DNA from: the human T2T-CHM13v2.0 reference genome, Homo sapiens
DNA length: 64,000 nt
Reading direction: 5' to 3'
Assembly: GCA_009914755.4 (NCBI GenBank)
Contig: CP068257.2
Location: 42,592,001-42,656,000 of the forward strand
In this document: one piece after another, positions 44,656 through 61,649 of the stretch
How positions within the stretch are numbered: the stretch's first letter is position 1
Layout of the letters: each line of letters starts with the position of its first letter
The notes under the pieces: model-generated
The model's input: only the letters and a program-made list of their open reading frames with translations
The model's database searches: none
What the model was told of the DNA's origin: nothing
Made by a program: the position numbers and the translations under genes

Positions 44656-47600
44656 GCCTCTTTGTTAAACCTCCATGCAAGAGGCTGGGTGACGCCTGCC
44701 CACAGGGGTCAGGCCCCAGCCCAATGACACAGGTGACCCGCAAAGACTGCAGGTCTTTTTTAAAAAGTGAAGTGCAGACTTGGATCTCGCTTTGCAGTTT
44801 TTAATTCCCCTTTAACCATCTCTGGGCTAAGGCATCCATTGACTCACTTAACCATCTGGGGAGGGAAAAGCCACCGGGTTGCAGGGGGTGACTTTGGGGC
44901 AGGATGGCCTCTGAAGGGGTGGGTTGCCCCTCCACACCTGTGGGTGTTTCTCGTTAGGTAGAACGAGAGACTTGGAAAAGAAAGAGACACAGACAAAGTA
45001 TAGAGAAAGAAATTGGGGGACCAGGGGACCGGCGCTCAGCATACGGAGGACCCCCGCTGGCCTCTGAGTTCCCTTAGTATTTATTGATCATTTTTGGGTG
45101 TTTCTCGGAGAGGGGGATGTGGCAGGATCATAGGATAATAGTGGAGAGAAGGTCAGCAGGTAAGCACGTGAACAAAGGTCTCTGCATCATAAACAAGGTA
45201 AAGAATTAAGTGCTGTGCTTTAGATATGTATACACATAAACATCTCAATGCCTTAAGGAGCAGTATTGCTGCCTGCTTGTCCCACCTCCAGCCCTAAGGC
45301 AGTTTCCCCCTATCTCAGTAGATGGAATATACAATCGGGTTTTATACCGAGACATTCCATTGCCCAGGGACGAGCAGGAGACAGATGCCTTCCTCTTGTC
45401 TCAACTGCAACGAGGCGTTCCTTCCACTTTTACTAATCCTCCTCAGCACAGACCCTTTACGGTGTCGGGCTGGGGGACGGTCAGGTCTTTCCCTTCCCAG
45501 GAGGCCATATCTCAGACTATCACATGGGGAGAAACCTTGGACAATACCTGGCTTTCCTAGGCAGGGGTCCCTGCGGCCTTCCGCAGTGTTTTGTGTCCCT
45601 GGGTACTTAAGATTAGGGAGTGGTGATGACTCTTAACGAGCATGCTGCCTTCAAGCATTTGTTTAATAAAGCACACCCTGCACAGCCCTTAATCCATTTA
45701 ACCCTGAGTTGACACAGCACATGTCTCAGGGAGCACAGGGTTGGGGGTAGGGTTACAGATTAAAATGGAGTCTCTTATGTCTACTTTCTATGCAGACACA
45801 TTAACAATCTGATCTCTCTTTCTTTTCCCCACCGCCTCAAAGGAGAGGAAAGCCAAGTTGCTGGGAGCAACGGTTACTGGTCATCCCAAAGCTGTGTGCG
45901 CTGGTTCCCTGGCACCCCAGGGGCTTTTATGCATGAACTGTGCAGCCAGTGGGCCCAAGGGTTGCCATTGAACTTGATGTTAGTGAGCTCTCCCTTCGTG
46001 AGACCCCTGCCCATGGATGAGCAAGGAGAATGGGGGTGTTTCAGGAGCAGACAGGGATCCTGTGCAAAGCTGGGCTTCTGTGCAACTTTCGCTTGCAGTT
46101 ATTTAAATATTTTTGCTGTAAATACAGAACTGCAGGGGAGAGGGCAGGAAACCCAGCGAGCAGCAGCCCGGCCTGGCTGGGGACAGGATGTGTCTGTTGG
46201 AGCGGGGACCGGCAAGGCAGGCATGCAGGCAGGGGGCTTCCCTCTCGGGGTCTTCGGAAGGCGCAGTGCAGGGAGTGAGAGACGCCCAGGCCTGGGCAGC
46301 GAGAGGGCCCTGCTCCCCGCTCAAGGCTCCCAGGACATTCCACACAGGAGCCAGCCTGTTCCAACCCTGCACTGCCTGATACTCCACAGCCACCACTGAG
46401 ATGGACCCCCTCCCCCTCAGCTCCCCATGACGTCCCCAGCACCTGACCCCAGGCTGACCACCTCGGCCACCACCTCTGGCCCCACCTTCCTCCCCAGGTT
46501 TGTTCCCAAACACCCCTAGAGTCTTTTCCGGAGCAATCTCAGACGTGCAGAACGCTCAGGGGGACCCTGGGCCTGAAGGCGGTAGGAGAAACCGAGACCG
46601 ACCCCTGGTCTAGAGGAGAGGTGTCTGCCGCTCTCCATCCTGGACTCTGGCTGCCCAAAAGCAAACGGCACGCCTGCCCACGTGGGAATCTTGGTGGCGT
46701 CTCTCACTGCATCAGTTAGCCCCCAGCCCAGTGCTGCCTGGATTCAGGCTTCCTGGTACCTTCGTCCACCCTTCAGCCCTAATCCATGCTGGCCAGGTCA
46801 TCTCGTTCTCTGGCTCGGTGGGAACACTCGTGCCCAGAGACCTCTCGTGGTTCTCTGCAGCCTGCACACAGGGCCTGCTTCCCTGGCTTGACCGCACAGA
46901 CAAGGGGACTGTTACCAAGGCCTCCCACTGAGGCCACCCCCCCTCCAGGCCATGCCTGCGGGGCCACCACAGCCTCAGCATCATTGCAGGCCCCAGGCCT
47001 CTGCACCTGGTCTTGTTTTACTGGGGGCACTGTCCCCACTCACGTCCACCTGGGACCCTCGGCTCCTGTCCACTGCAGCTCCCCTCCCGGACACCTTCCC
47101 AGATGCCCCCGGAAGCTCCTGTCCAGGCCACAGCATCCCTCAGCCTCTGTCACTGGTCCTAGGAAGACCCTTTGGGAGCTCTCACTCAGGGCCACACTCA
47201 GGACCCCCGTTGTGGGGCTGGCCGCCTTCCTTCTAAAGCACCTGGAGGAAGGAAGGAGGGGGTCAATGCGAGCCTCAATCCCCAGGCGAGTGTGCCCCTT
47301 TTAAAGATGAGGGAACCGAGGCTCAGAGAAGGAAAGGACTTGCCTGGCGTCACACAGCTAGCCTAAGATGGTGAGGTCAGGAGCTCCCTGGCAACACCCA
47401 GGCTGCCGTACCGTCTCCTGCATCAGACTGAGCCTCCATCGGGCTCCTCCCACAGCCCCAGGCGGGCCCCTGAGTAGGGGCTCTCAGCTTGTGTGGAGGT
47501 CCCCCAGGAACACCACCCCGATCCAGCCTCCATGGAGGCTCTTGCCGGCCACTGGGAGGGGCCGGTGCACCCTGGGCAGCCCCTGCCAGGGCCCTGAGAC

Positions 47601-47844
47601 CCGAGCCTCCCCGCCGAGGGCACCTGTCTCGGCTTTGCCCCATTCGAGCAGGGCCCTCGCCGAGGCAGGACAGGGCCACATTCGGAAGTGAGAGTTCTCT
47701 GAGTCCCGCACAGAGCGAGTCTCTGTCCCCAGCCCCCAAGGCAGCTGCCCTGGTGGGTGAGTCAGGCCAGGCCCGGAGACTTCCCGAGAGCGAGGGAGGG
47801 ACAGCAGCGCCTCCATCACAGGGAAGTGTCCCTGCGGGAGGCCC

Positions 47845-47935
47845 TGGCCCTGATTGGGCGCCGGGGCGGAGCGGCCTTTGCTCTTTGCGTGGTCGCGGGG
47901 GTATAACAGCGGCGCGCGTGGCTCGCAGACCGGGG
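47845..47935 (+). promoter_or_regulatory. AIRE: AIRE core promoter: inverted CCAAT (ATTGG ~47853), GC box (GGGGCGG ~47862) and TATA-like gggTATAAcag (~47902), ~160 bp upstream of the ATG
   Basis: Read directly: ctgattgggcgccggggcggagcgg…gggggtataacagcggcg. Confidence 0.6.
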
Positions 47936-48062
47936 AGACGGGCGGGCGCACAGCCGGCGCGGAGGCCCCACAGCCCCGCCGGGACCCGAGGCCAAGCGAG
48001 GGGCTGCCAGTGTCCCGGGACCCACCGCGTCCGCCCCAGCCCCGGGTCCCCGCGCCCACCCC

Positions 48063-48194
48063 ATGGCGACGGACGCGGCGCTACGCCGGCTTCTGAGGCT
48101 GCACCGCACGGAGATCGCGGTGGCCGTGGACAGCGCCTTCCCACTGCTGCACGCGCTGGCTGACCACGACGTGGTCCCCGAGGACAAGTTTCAG
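48063..48194 (+). CDS. AIRE: AIRE exon 1 coding ([52 protein letters not shown]-terminus, LXXLL motif)
   Basis: ATG at 48063 in a ccccATGG context. Donor is CAG|gtgggc. Confidence 0.93.
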
Positions 48195-48357
48195 GTGGGC
48201 TCCCCGCCCGCCCCCCGCTGCCCCCAGGCCCTGTGAGCCAGGGATAGTCCCCGGGGAAGTTCCAGGAGGACCCCGCCCCTCCAGATCCCCAAGCCCCTCC
48301 AGCCTTCCCCAACTCCCTCCCCACAAGGAGCCAGGGGCGTCCCTGATGACAAGTTAG

Positions 48358-48876
<519 letters not shown>

Positions 48877-49026
48877 TGAGGAGCCCGTGGGTGATGTTCC
48901 AGGACCGTCTTGGATCCTAAGAGGCAAAGGGGCCAGGCCTCACCTGTCTGGCCAAGGTGTCCAGTTCTGGGGCCCACCCTACCCCTGGAGAAAACCCTGA
49001 GGTTGGGACCCTGCTCCTGCCCCTGA

Positions 49027-49332
<306 letters not shown>

Positions 49333-49535
49333 TAGACCCACACACTGGACCAGCCTCTCAGCTCCCTCCTGCCTGAAGGCTGAGCTCCCCGGAGCTGGTG
49401 AAGTAGGCGGGCGGGTCTCATTTCCCTTTTACTGATGAGAAACCAGAGCCCGGCAAAGGGACTACCCAGCACTGGACCGCCCCCTCCACGCCCTCCCACC
49501 GCGGGCCCCTGCCCACCGGCACTCACCCCCACTGA

Positions 49536-49727
<192 letters not shown>

Positions 49728-50400
49728 TGAGACCCTGTCCTAGGGGCTGGGGACGTGCTGGCCTGGTGTGTCATTCCAAGGGCCTAAGCTGCACCACCAG
49801 ACCCAGGAAGGGGACACCTTGGGTCTAAGCATGATCTTGCCAGTCGCCCCTGCCCCCACTGCACCCTGGTTCTGGGACCCCCTTCTCAGGCACCTTCTCT
49901 GCCCGTCCACTCCCTATCCTTCAGGACCAGCCTAGACATAGCTTCCTCCAGAAAATCATCCCTGGCCCCCAGCTGCATGCAGGCTGAACCCTTCCTGTCC
50001 CCTTCTCCTTCCTTCCCAGGGCACTGGACTCCAGAGACCCCCTATCTCCCTGAGGGCAGAGCCTAGGAACTCTGTGTCCCTCCCGGCACAATACAGGGCC
50101 CATGTCATGGGGGGGTGGGTCTGGTCATTGGTCATGCCTTCCTATCCATTGTGCCAGCTCTGCTGACACTGCCACCCCCCAGCACACGCACACTTGGGTG
50201 CACACACGAACACACACATTCTCATGTCTCTGCACTTACCTGTGGGCTGTCTGCACATGGCAGGGCTGGGTCCCCTCCTTGGCCTGCCCTGGCTGGAAGG
50301 AAAGGGCTCTGCAGCCCAGTGCTGCCTGCTTCTGGCATAGAGTATGTGCTTGGGAACAGTCTTCCCCACGGGTGACCCCAATGGGTGTTCCCTTTCCCAG

Positions 50401-50514
50401 GGATTCAGACCATGTCAGCTTCAGTCCAGAGAGCTGTGGCCATGTCCTCCGGGGACGTCCCGGGAGCCCGAGGGGCCGTGGAGGGGATCCTCATCCAGCA
50501 GGTGTTTGAGTCAG
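50401..50514 (+). CDS. AIRE: AIRE exon 5 ([38 protein letters not shown]; start of SAND domain)
   Basis: ORF 50385..50633(+). Acceptor is tcccag|GG and donor is G|gtagac. Confidence 0.92.
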
Positions 50515-51684
50515 GTAGACGCTGTGGCGGGGAGATGGGGCTGATGGGGAGACCCAGGCTCCAAGATGGAAGGAGGACCACGCCCCTTTGCATCCTGGTG
50601 GTCCCACAGCAGACCGGACTGTTGCTCAGGTAGCCAGAGTTTCTGCCTGTGGTTCTGCTGACTTTGGAGGAGGAGGGTGAGCACTGAAGTCTCCCTGTCG
50701 GGGGACCTTCTGCAAGGCCAGCGGTCCAGGCCCACATCCCCACCCGGGATGTACAGCACTCCCCAGTCACCTCCATCCATGTGCATGGGCCCTCCTGGGC
50801 CATGGGGTTGCATCCTTAGAAAGTTCTGCCTGTGCTGCTGAGACCCTCCAGGGTATCGGCATTCTTCAACCAGGACAGCCTGTAGCATAGCGTCCTTGCC
50901 CCCCATACCCTGGCCAGCCTGCAGCATCCTCGCCCGCCATTCCCTGGCCAGCCGCTGACCCCATGCAATCACCAGTGCCATCTGACCAGGGCACAGCAGG
51001 GCCGCTGGTGGCAGACCCACCGTGCCATCGGGGCATTCCATCTCAAGTCCCTGACACGGTGTCTCCTCGGTGCTGGACATGGGCTGGGAACACCAAGCAC
51101 AGCCAGGGCCCTGGTCTTGCACCTCTGGATGGTCCCAAGGCCCACTGTGTTACTTCCTAAGGCTGTTGGTTAAATTGGCACAAACTGGGAGGCTTGAAAT
51201 GACAGAAATGCCAACATCGAGGTGTCTCGGGGCCACACTCCCTCTGGAGGCTCCAGGGAAGAATCCTTCCTTGTGTCTCCCAGCTGCTGGTCATTATGGG
51301 GGTACCCCTGTGCTCCTTGTTCCTGGGCTCAGGACCCACCGCTCCAGCCTCTGCTTCTGTGGTCTCACAGCTGTCTCCCACGTGTCCTCTTTATAAGGAC
51401 ACCAGTCATTGAACTTATGGTCCAGTGTGACCTCATCTTAACTAATCACATCTACAAAGACCCTGATTTCAAGTAAGGTCACACTCTGAGGTTCTGGGTG
51501 GACGTGAACTTCGGGGGACGCTGTTGAACACCCTGGTGTAGATCCAGGACAATCCCCGGGCCCCAGACTCGACTGGGGTGGGGGCGGGCTGGAGGAATGC
51601 AGGCTGTGGGAACTCCACCTGTCTCTGCTAGACCCCACCCTGGGGCCTACACGACTGCCAAGGCAGGTCCTGCTGGGCGGGTGA

Positions 51685-51867
<183 letters not shown>

Positions 51868-52025
51868 TGACCTTCCCTGGGGAGCCTGGCTCTTGATGCC
51901 CCCCGCCCCAGGAACAGCGTTGCCTCTGGGGGAGTGGCTCTGCTGGGGGCTGGGGGCTGCTGCCGAGAGACGCCTGGTGCCACAGCCATGTGCACCCTCG
52001 CTGCTGAGGCTGCCCCCATTGCTGA

Positions 52026-52133
<108 letters not shown>

Positions 52134-52490
52134 TAGACCACAGGAGAGGCCCCTGTCTGCCCTTGCTCCCCTCGGGTGGGTCCTGCTGCCTCTGCCTTTA
52201 CCTGGGCACTCAGGGATGAGCACCGGGGCCTGAGCCCCTACCCACAGGGTACAGCTCTTTTTCTTTAATAGACAGTATTTTTTTCCTGATAATACGCAAT
52301 GGTAATAGTTTAAATGAGTCAGAGAAAGTGAGGTCTTCTCAGGCTCTTAAGAGCATGGCGTTTGGTCCAGGCTGTACCCGCTGCTCTCAGCTGGGCCCGT
52401 GGGTGGGCCGGGCGCCCCTGCTATAGCCAGGAGGTCAAGGATCCACTGGGAATGCCATGCTCATCTTTCGTCCCCAGCATGGTTTCTTAA

Positions 52491-53267
<777 letters not shown>

Positions 53268-54357
53268 TGAGCCTGCACCTCTGCCAGCGCAACCAGGCCA
53301 CCCCGGTTCACGGCCGCCTCCACCCACTGACCCTGAAGGGAAGCCACCCCAAGCCTCTCCCATCCAAGATGGAAAGGGGTTCTGAGTCAGGTCACTGGGC
53401 CGTGGGGCCGGGGCCTGGGGTTTTCCCACCCTGCCACCTGCCTCCCGGTCTGGCCACACCTGCTGCCCAGCCTGGACAGCTGGGCCCCTGAGGGCAGCAA
53501 AGCAGAACAGAGGCCCAGGGCGAAGATGCCACCCTGTCCAAGCTCATCCCAGGCTGCAGCCCACGCCCCCATGGGTAGCCGGCCCCCACCCCCAAGCCCC
53601 ACCCCAGAGTCCCACTCCAGACAGGGCTGGGGAGCACAGAGGCCACAGAGCTGTGCCCCCCAGGGCAGGTGGGAGTTTGTCCACCAATGCACAGGACGCC
53701 GGGCTTAGTGGGGGCGGGAGGCCTCCTCTGCGTTCACATCCCGGTGCTCCTTCCCCACGGCCCACCGAGCCCTGCCCCCATTCCAACCCCACAGGACGTG
53801 GCAGTCTGTGGGAGGAAGAGCTCTGGGTGCAGTGGGGACCCACGTTCAGGCGAGGCTCTGCCCCAGCCCCTGAGTGGCCGTCATCAGGCCCCCTCTCAGC
53901 CTTGTGCCTCATCACTAGAATAAGGGGCACAGTGGGGGTCATTGCTCGGCTCCTGAAGCCGTTCCTCCTTGCCGTCTCTTTCTGCCCTTGATCACCTCCC
54001 CATTCTGCTGGGTGCCATTCCCCTTAACAGGTGGGTCAGTTTAGGGAGGCCCCCGGCAGGGCCCAGCCCTGAGAGGCAGGCAAAGCCACCAGGGCTCGCA
54101 GGTGTTGGGGATTCCTGGGGTTCATCAGAGAGCACGCCAAGGGGACCCTGATCACGCTGGCCAGGGCCACCCCACGAAGGGTAAATGTCCCCCTGCTGGG
54201 CTCTCCCTTCCTGTGTCTCTGCCCATCTCTCTGCTGTGCCTCGGTTCCCCCTCTGTGAAAAGACATGGTCGGAGCCCTGGAGCTCCACCCGTGGGTTTGG
54301 GGATCTGTCACCCGCTGTCTTGTTCTGCATGTCTCTGACTGGTGGACACACGAGCAG

Positions 54358-54457
54358 TGGGACCTGGAGGTGCTCCAGCTGCCTGCAGGCAACAGTCCAG
54401 GAGGTGCAGCCCCGGGCAGAGGAGCCCCGGCCCCAGGAGCCACCCGTGGAGACCCCG
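54358..54457 (+). CDS. AIRE: AIRE exon 9 (T + [33 protein letters not shown])
   Basis: ORF 54185..54988(+). Acceptor is gagcag|T and donor is CCG|gtatgg. Confidence 0.92.
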
Positions 54458-54545
54458 GTATGGCCACGCCCCCTCCTAGCCGGGCCACCCCTCCTGTCCA
54501 CATGGCCACGCCCCCTCCTAGGCTGGGCCACCCCCTCCTGTCCGT
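54458..54545. repeat. ~37-bp tandem duplication beginning in the AIRE exon 9 donor (gtatggccacgccccctcctagccgggccacccctcctgtccaca / tggccacgccccctcctaggctgggccaccccctcctgtccg)
   Basis: Two direct copies read in sequence. The first copy contains the GT donor. Confidence 0.8.
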
Positions 54546-54988
54546 CTGTCCCCTGGAGTCCTGTGGGACAGGACTGCCCCAGCCATAGCACTATGTCCCC
54601 CATGCCCAAGCCCGGTCCTTGTGGTCTCCTGCAGTGGAGTCCCCATCATGGTTCCTGTGGGCCTAAACCCAGCTCTCCTGGCTGCGGGTCCACCCCGGGG
54701 GGCACTATGAGCATTGATAACGGCCCCGGAAGATGTGTTCCTTGTTCTGCTGCTGTGAGGGTAGTAGGTCTACTGTGCACAGACCCAGTGTTCCCTCTGA
54801 CAGCCCTGAGGGCCAGGGGGCCCCCCGTGTGTAGACGGGGGAGGAGGGAGGACCACAGAGCCAGGAAGTGCCACAGCCTTTCCCACTCAGTGTGGACGCC
54901 TTCCACCATGCCAGCCCTCCGCCCCCACCATGCCAGGCCTCTGCCCCCACCCTGCTGCCCTGGGTTTCAGGGTCCCAGCAGTCACTGA

Positions 54989-55291
<303 letters not shown>

Positions 55292-55712
55292 TGAATTCAC
55301 CTGAAACAGGAGGAGAGGGAGGCCAGGCGAGAAAGGCTCCGGGAGGCACAGGGCCTGGGGCTGTGGGGGGAGCGTGGGGGGCTGCGGGGGGAAGGGGACG
55401 CTCCTAGACCTCCACTCCAGCTCCTGGCCCTGGGCATTACTGCTCCCCCCACAAGGCAGGACAATGAAGGGGGGGATGTCCCAGCACACGTGGGAGCCCT
55501 CCCCTCCCTGCCTCAATTCCCTTCCCTGCACCCCTGTGGGCACCGCCTTTCAGGAGACTCCCGCACTCAGCCCCAAAGGAGGCCAGGCCCGCCAAGCAGG
55601 AGAGAGGTGCGGGCGCCAGGCTTGCAGGCAGCAGCCTGAGGGTGCTTGGGTCGCCCCTGCCTCCTGGGGATGGGACTGGTCCCGCTGTCCTGCAGCCTGC
55701 GTGGCACCGTGA

Positions 55713-55967
<255 letters not shown>

Positions 55968-55974
55968 TGAGTGA

Positions 55975-56748
<774 letters not shown>

Positions 56749-58414
56749 TAAATATAGTTAAAAAGGAAGCTCCCCCCGAGGGTTGGTGGCTGACGTCACG
56801 GTTGGCTGTGTGGCCGCCTCACAGCATGAGCCTGAGAGTCCTGCCAGGGCTCCCTGGTGGGGTGAAGGGAGAGCGGGAGCGCCCGGCCTGCAGGAGCAAA
56901 CCCCCACCCTGTCTGACCCCTCCAGGTTGTCTCACCCCCAGCCCTCCCTGGGGCCAGGATCCACCCCACTGTGTGGCCAGAGCCCTCTCAGAGAGGCAAA
57001 GTGACCCCGGGTCCAGCCAGTAGCTCTTCCTGTCCTCCTGCTCCGGGGTCAGAGAGGACCTGGGTGGCGCGGAGACCCCTGACTGCTGGGGCGGCTGGGC
57101 TTGCCCTGGAGCTGGGTGTGGGGGAGGCCCGAGTCGCTGCTGCAGGAGCCTCCGGGGGGGTGGCCTCTTGCCCTGACCGTCCCCAGCAGAGGCCTCCTGA
57201 GCACATCCTGGCCACCGAGGAGCCTTTAGGGATCCTGGGGTGATGACACGTCCCACCTGCTCCACTGGCCCATGCTCTTTCCCAGCTGTGCCTCCGCCCC
57301 GTATACACCGTGTGGGTGACAGGCCACCCCGGCGTGGTACTCCCCAGGAGGGTGACAGCCTACCCCAGCGTGGTACTCCCCGGGCAGGTGACAGGCTTCC
57401 CCGGCATGCAGGCTCTGGCCTGGCATGGCACAAGCCTCAGACCCAGCCCTGCCCTTGGGGCTTTTGTGGAACAGTGGCGTGGCCCACAGCTGTCACTGTC
57501 CCCTTCCTTCTAGAAGCCTCCCTCCTCACACCACCCATCTGGAGTCAGGAGCCCAGCCGGGCATATACGCAGATGCCCCTCCCTAACCCCAGGCAGCTTT
57601 CCTGCAACTGCTCCCGCAGCGGGTACCTCGTCATTAACCTCCTGGGTTCTGTCTCTGAACAGCAGAGACCTCTTTCTTGTCATCGTGATGTGAAATGTAA
57701 CGCCATGTCAGAGGAAAAGTTCTGGCTGGCCTTGGCCTCCCCCCTCAGCCTGCCCCCTTCCTCCAGGGTGGTTGGACGTGGCCCCAGACCCCATCCTGAG
57801 CAGCTCTCCCACCCCCTGGGAGCATCCTTAGGACCGGGGAGCATCCAGGGGCTTTCCCCTCCAGACCGGGCAGCCCCTCCCTCAGCCATGCAGGGCTGCC
57901 GGGCCTCGCAGCGCCAGTGTTCACCCGAGTGGAGGAGCTGGGATGTGGCTGTTTGGGGCCACAAATGGGGAATTCCACAGGGTTCAATGTAATATGGTCT
58001 CCTCTCTGCTGGGGGTGCCTGCCTGGGGACCTTCTCCCACTCTGGTCGCTCACCTATAGTGTGGGCTGGCCCTGGTGGTGCTTGTCGGGGGCGGGGGTGG
58101 CATGGACCAGGCACTTTCCTCTCTGGGCCTCAGACTTCCCCTCTCAGAGTGGGACTCCTTGCTGGTTCCCTGAGCTCCCTCGTTTTCCCCAGGAGGCCAC
58201 ACAGTGTGGAGGCTGTCTGGGGGCCGTGGGCAGCTGGCCGTGGGCAGGACCCTGGGGAGGCAGCCCCAGCCCCATCATGCCCACGCAGCCCTGTGCCCCC
58301 ACCCCCAGTGGAGCTGGGTGTAAGAATTCCCATCTCAGTGTGGGGGAAACACCCCCGCGGCCCCTAGGCCCTGCGGCCTCTGTACCCCCACCAGGGCTGT
58401 GGGAGTTGGGCTGA

Positions 58415-58663
<249 letters not shown>

Positions 58664-59416
58664 TGAGCACCTGGCACCCCCCACAGGAGCCCCCCTAGCC
58701 CCCTTGCAGGAGCCCCCCCCGGCCCCTCCCCCTGCGGGAGCCCAGTGCTGCTGAGCGCCCCCAGCCCCTCCCCAACAAGAGCCCCCACACGGCCCCTCCC
58801 CTGAGGGCCTGCACCCTGGCAGGCAGAGGCTCGAGCACCAGGCTCAAGATCCACTTTCCCAGGGAGGGTGGGGCGTGGGAGTGGGGGGGGGGTCCCAGAC
58901 CCCGTCCCTCTAAGATTTGCTTGCCCCTCCCAACTCAGGCCTCTCTACGCTAAGATGGGCAGGTAGAATCTGTGGGGAAAATGTGACTTTTAAGGGCTCT
59001 GTCTGTTTTTGCCAAGAGGATAAGCTCCTTCAGCCTCCACGGGTTCTCCTCAGTGTCTGATGTGGCACCCGGGGGTCCCAGCTGACCATGGGGCAGGGGT
59101 TCTGCCCTGTGCAGTGGCCGTGCCCCACACACCCTGACCGTGCAGGTGTCTGCAGAGCCCCAGGGCCTGAGAGTGGGCCAGGGGGCCCAGCGCTGGGTAA
59201 TGGAGCTGCCCCTCTGGATGGGGTCCCCGGGTATAGCTGGAGAAATGAGCGACGGGCTCACAGCCTCTCCCGGGTGGCGGTCTTATTCTGCTGGCATCGT
59301 GGGGCCCGTGGCCCCATCCTGTGGGAGCATCAGGCTCCTGAGCAGAATAAGTAGCTGGCCCCGACCCCCCCACCCTGAAGGAGCCACCCGAGGAGGCAGA
59401 ACTGCCATGAACTGCC

Positions 59417-59608
59417 ATGGGGATGTGCCCTGGGCTTATAGGATGTGGTGAAGTACACAGGACAGGGTCCTCGGTCTGGCCTGTGCCATGGGGACCTTGG
59501 GCCTCAGTTTCCCCACCTTTGATGGAATACGGTGAAGTGCACAGGACAGGGTCCTCCCCAGACTGGCCTGTGCCATGGGGCCTCGGGCCTCAGTTTCCCC
59601 ACCTTTGA
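59417..59608. repeat. ~95-bp tandem duplication in AIRE intron 13, ~100 bp upstream of the last-exon acceptor
   Basis: Two copies of the form ggtgaagt(a/g)cacaggacagggtcctc…ctggcctgtgccatgggg…ctcagtttccccacctttga. Confidence 0.8.
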
Positions 59609-59711
59609 CTTAGAGGGAAGGTTGGATGGTGACTTCTTGTAACGATGGCCATGATTCTGTGGCTGCGGCGGGGGCGCACCTGGAGGTTCTCACCGTCACT
59701 CTGTCCCGCAG

Positions 59712-59783
59712 CACACCTTCGATGGCATCCTGCAGTGGGCCATCCAGAGCATGGCCCGTCCGGCGGCCCCCTTCCCCTCCTGA
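59712..59783 (+). CDS. AIRE: AIRE exon 14 coding part incl. stop ([23 protein letters not shown])
   Basis: Acceptor is tcccgcag|CAC. TGA at 59781-59783. Confidence 0.92.
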   Translation, partial: HTFDGILQWAIQSMARPAAPFPS

Positions 59784-59958
59784 CCCCAGATGGCCGGGAC
59801 ATGCAGCTCTGATGAGAGAGTGCTGAGAAGGACACCTCCTTCCTCAGTCCTGGAAGCCGGCCGGCTGGGATCAAGAAGGGGACAGCGCCACCTCTTGTCA
59901 GTGCTCGGCTGTAAACAGCTCTGTGTTTCTGGGGACACCAGCCATCATGTGCCTGGAA

Positions 59959-59964
59959 ATTAAA
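59959..59964 (+). other. AIRE: Candidate AIRE polyadenylation signal ATTAAA (~180 nt after the stop)
   Basis: Read as gcctggaaATTAAAccctgcc. The true 3' end was not verified, so a longer 3'UTR is possible. Confidence 0.4.
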
Positions 59965-59982
59965 CCCTGCCCCACTTCTCTA

Positions 59983-60218
<236 letters not shown>

Positions 60219-60224
60219 ACATAA

Positions 60225-60837
60225 ATTTATCATCTCGACCACTTTTCAGTTCAGTGGCATTCACATCTCATGTAACCATTGCCACCACCATCTGCAGAGC
60301 TGTTCCAGCTTCCTGAATGGAAACTCTGGCCCCATGAAACACTCACTCCCCATTCCCCTCCCAACCCCTGGCACCCTCCACTCTACTTTCTGTCTCTATG
60401 ACTTCTCCAGGGACCTCATGGAAGTGGAATCACACAGTATCTGTCCTTTTGTGTCTGTCTTATTTTACTCAGCATGGTGGCCCCAAGGTTCATCCATGTT
60501 GTAGCATGTGCCGAAATCTGCTTCCTTTTTTAAGGCTGAGTAATATTCCAGCACATGGATGGACTGCATTGTGTTCATCTATGCTTTCCTCAGCAGACAC
60601 CTGGGTGCTTCCACCTTTTGGCTGTTGTGAGTAATGCTGCTATGAATATGTGTGTGCAAATATCTGTGTGAGTCTTTGAGTAAAATCGCTGGATCACATG
60701 GTAATTATATTTTTAATTTTTTGAAGAACTGCCATCCTGTTTTCCACAGCAGCTACACCATTTCACATCCCCACCAACACTGCATGAGGGTTCCAGCCTC
60801 CCCATATCCTTGAAACAATTACTATTTTCTGCATTTT

Positions 60838-60850
<13 letters not shown>
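60225..60850 (-). mobile_element. L1 3'-end fragment (antisense) between AIRE and PFKL
   Basis: Carries the same L1 antisense 3'-region motifs (cacttttcagttcagtggcattcacatc…, ggctgagtaatattccagcacatggatgg…, atggtaattatatttttaattttttgaagaactgcca…). Confidence 0.6.
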
Positions 60851-61170
<320 letters not shown>

Positions 61171-61247
61171 TGTGTTTTTCTTTTATAGTAGCCATCCTAA
61201 TGGGTATGAGGTGGTACCTCATTGTGGCTAAACCATGTACGTTTAAG

Positions 61248-61251
<4 letters not shown>

Positions 61252-61288
<37 letters not shown>
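61252..61288. repeat. (CA)n microsatellite, ~18 units
   Basis: Read as acacacacacacac…. Confidence 0.9.
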
Positions 61289-61289
<1 letters not shown>

Positions 61290-61649
61290 ATGAAGCTGTA
61301 AGAAAAGGGAGAGAATAATGACCCAAAATGTCAGCACAAGGATGCCTCAGGGGTAGACACAGGTGTCTTCTTAGCGCCTTTTAGCCCACGCATATGTGCT
61401 TGCGCAGTCTCTCGGTGTGTTTTCTAACATTTCACAATTAAATAAGGAGTAGTTGATATTCACAGCCACCATTTCCACCGTATATGTAGAGAAAAATGCT
61501 CAAATCCTAGCGATCAGCCCGCTGAGCTTTCACAAACCGAACACACCGTGCGGTCACGAGGCGGCTCTCCCGAACACCGGCTCTGCACCCCCAGGGCCCG
61601 GGGAACCAAGACTTCCCCAAGGGCCCAGCAAAAGTGAGGGAGGAGGGGA

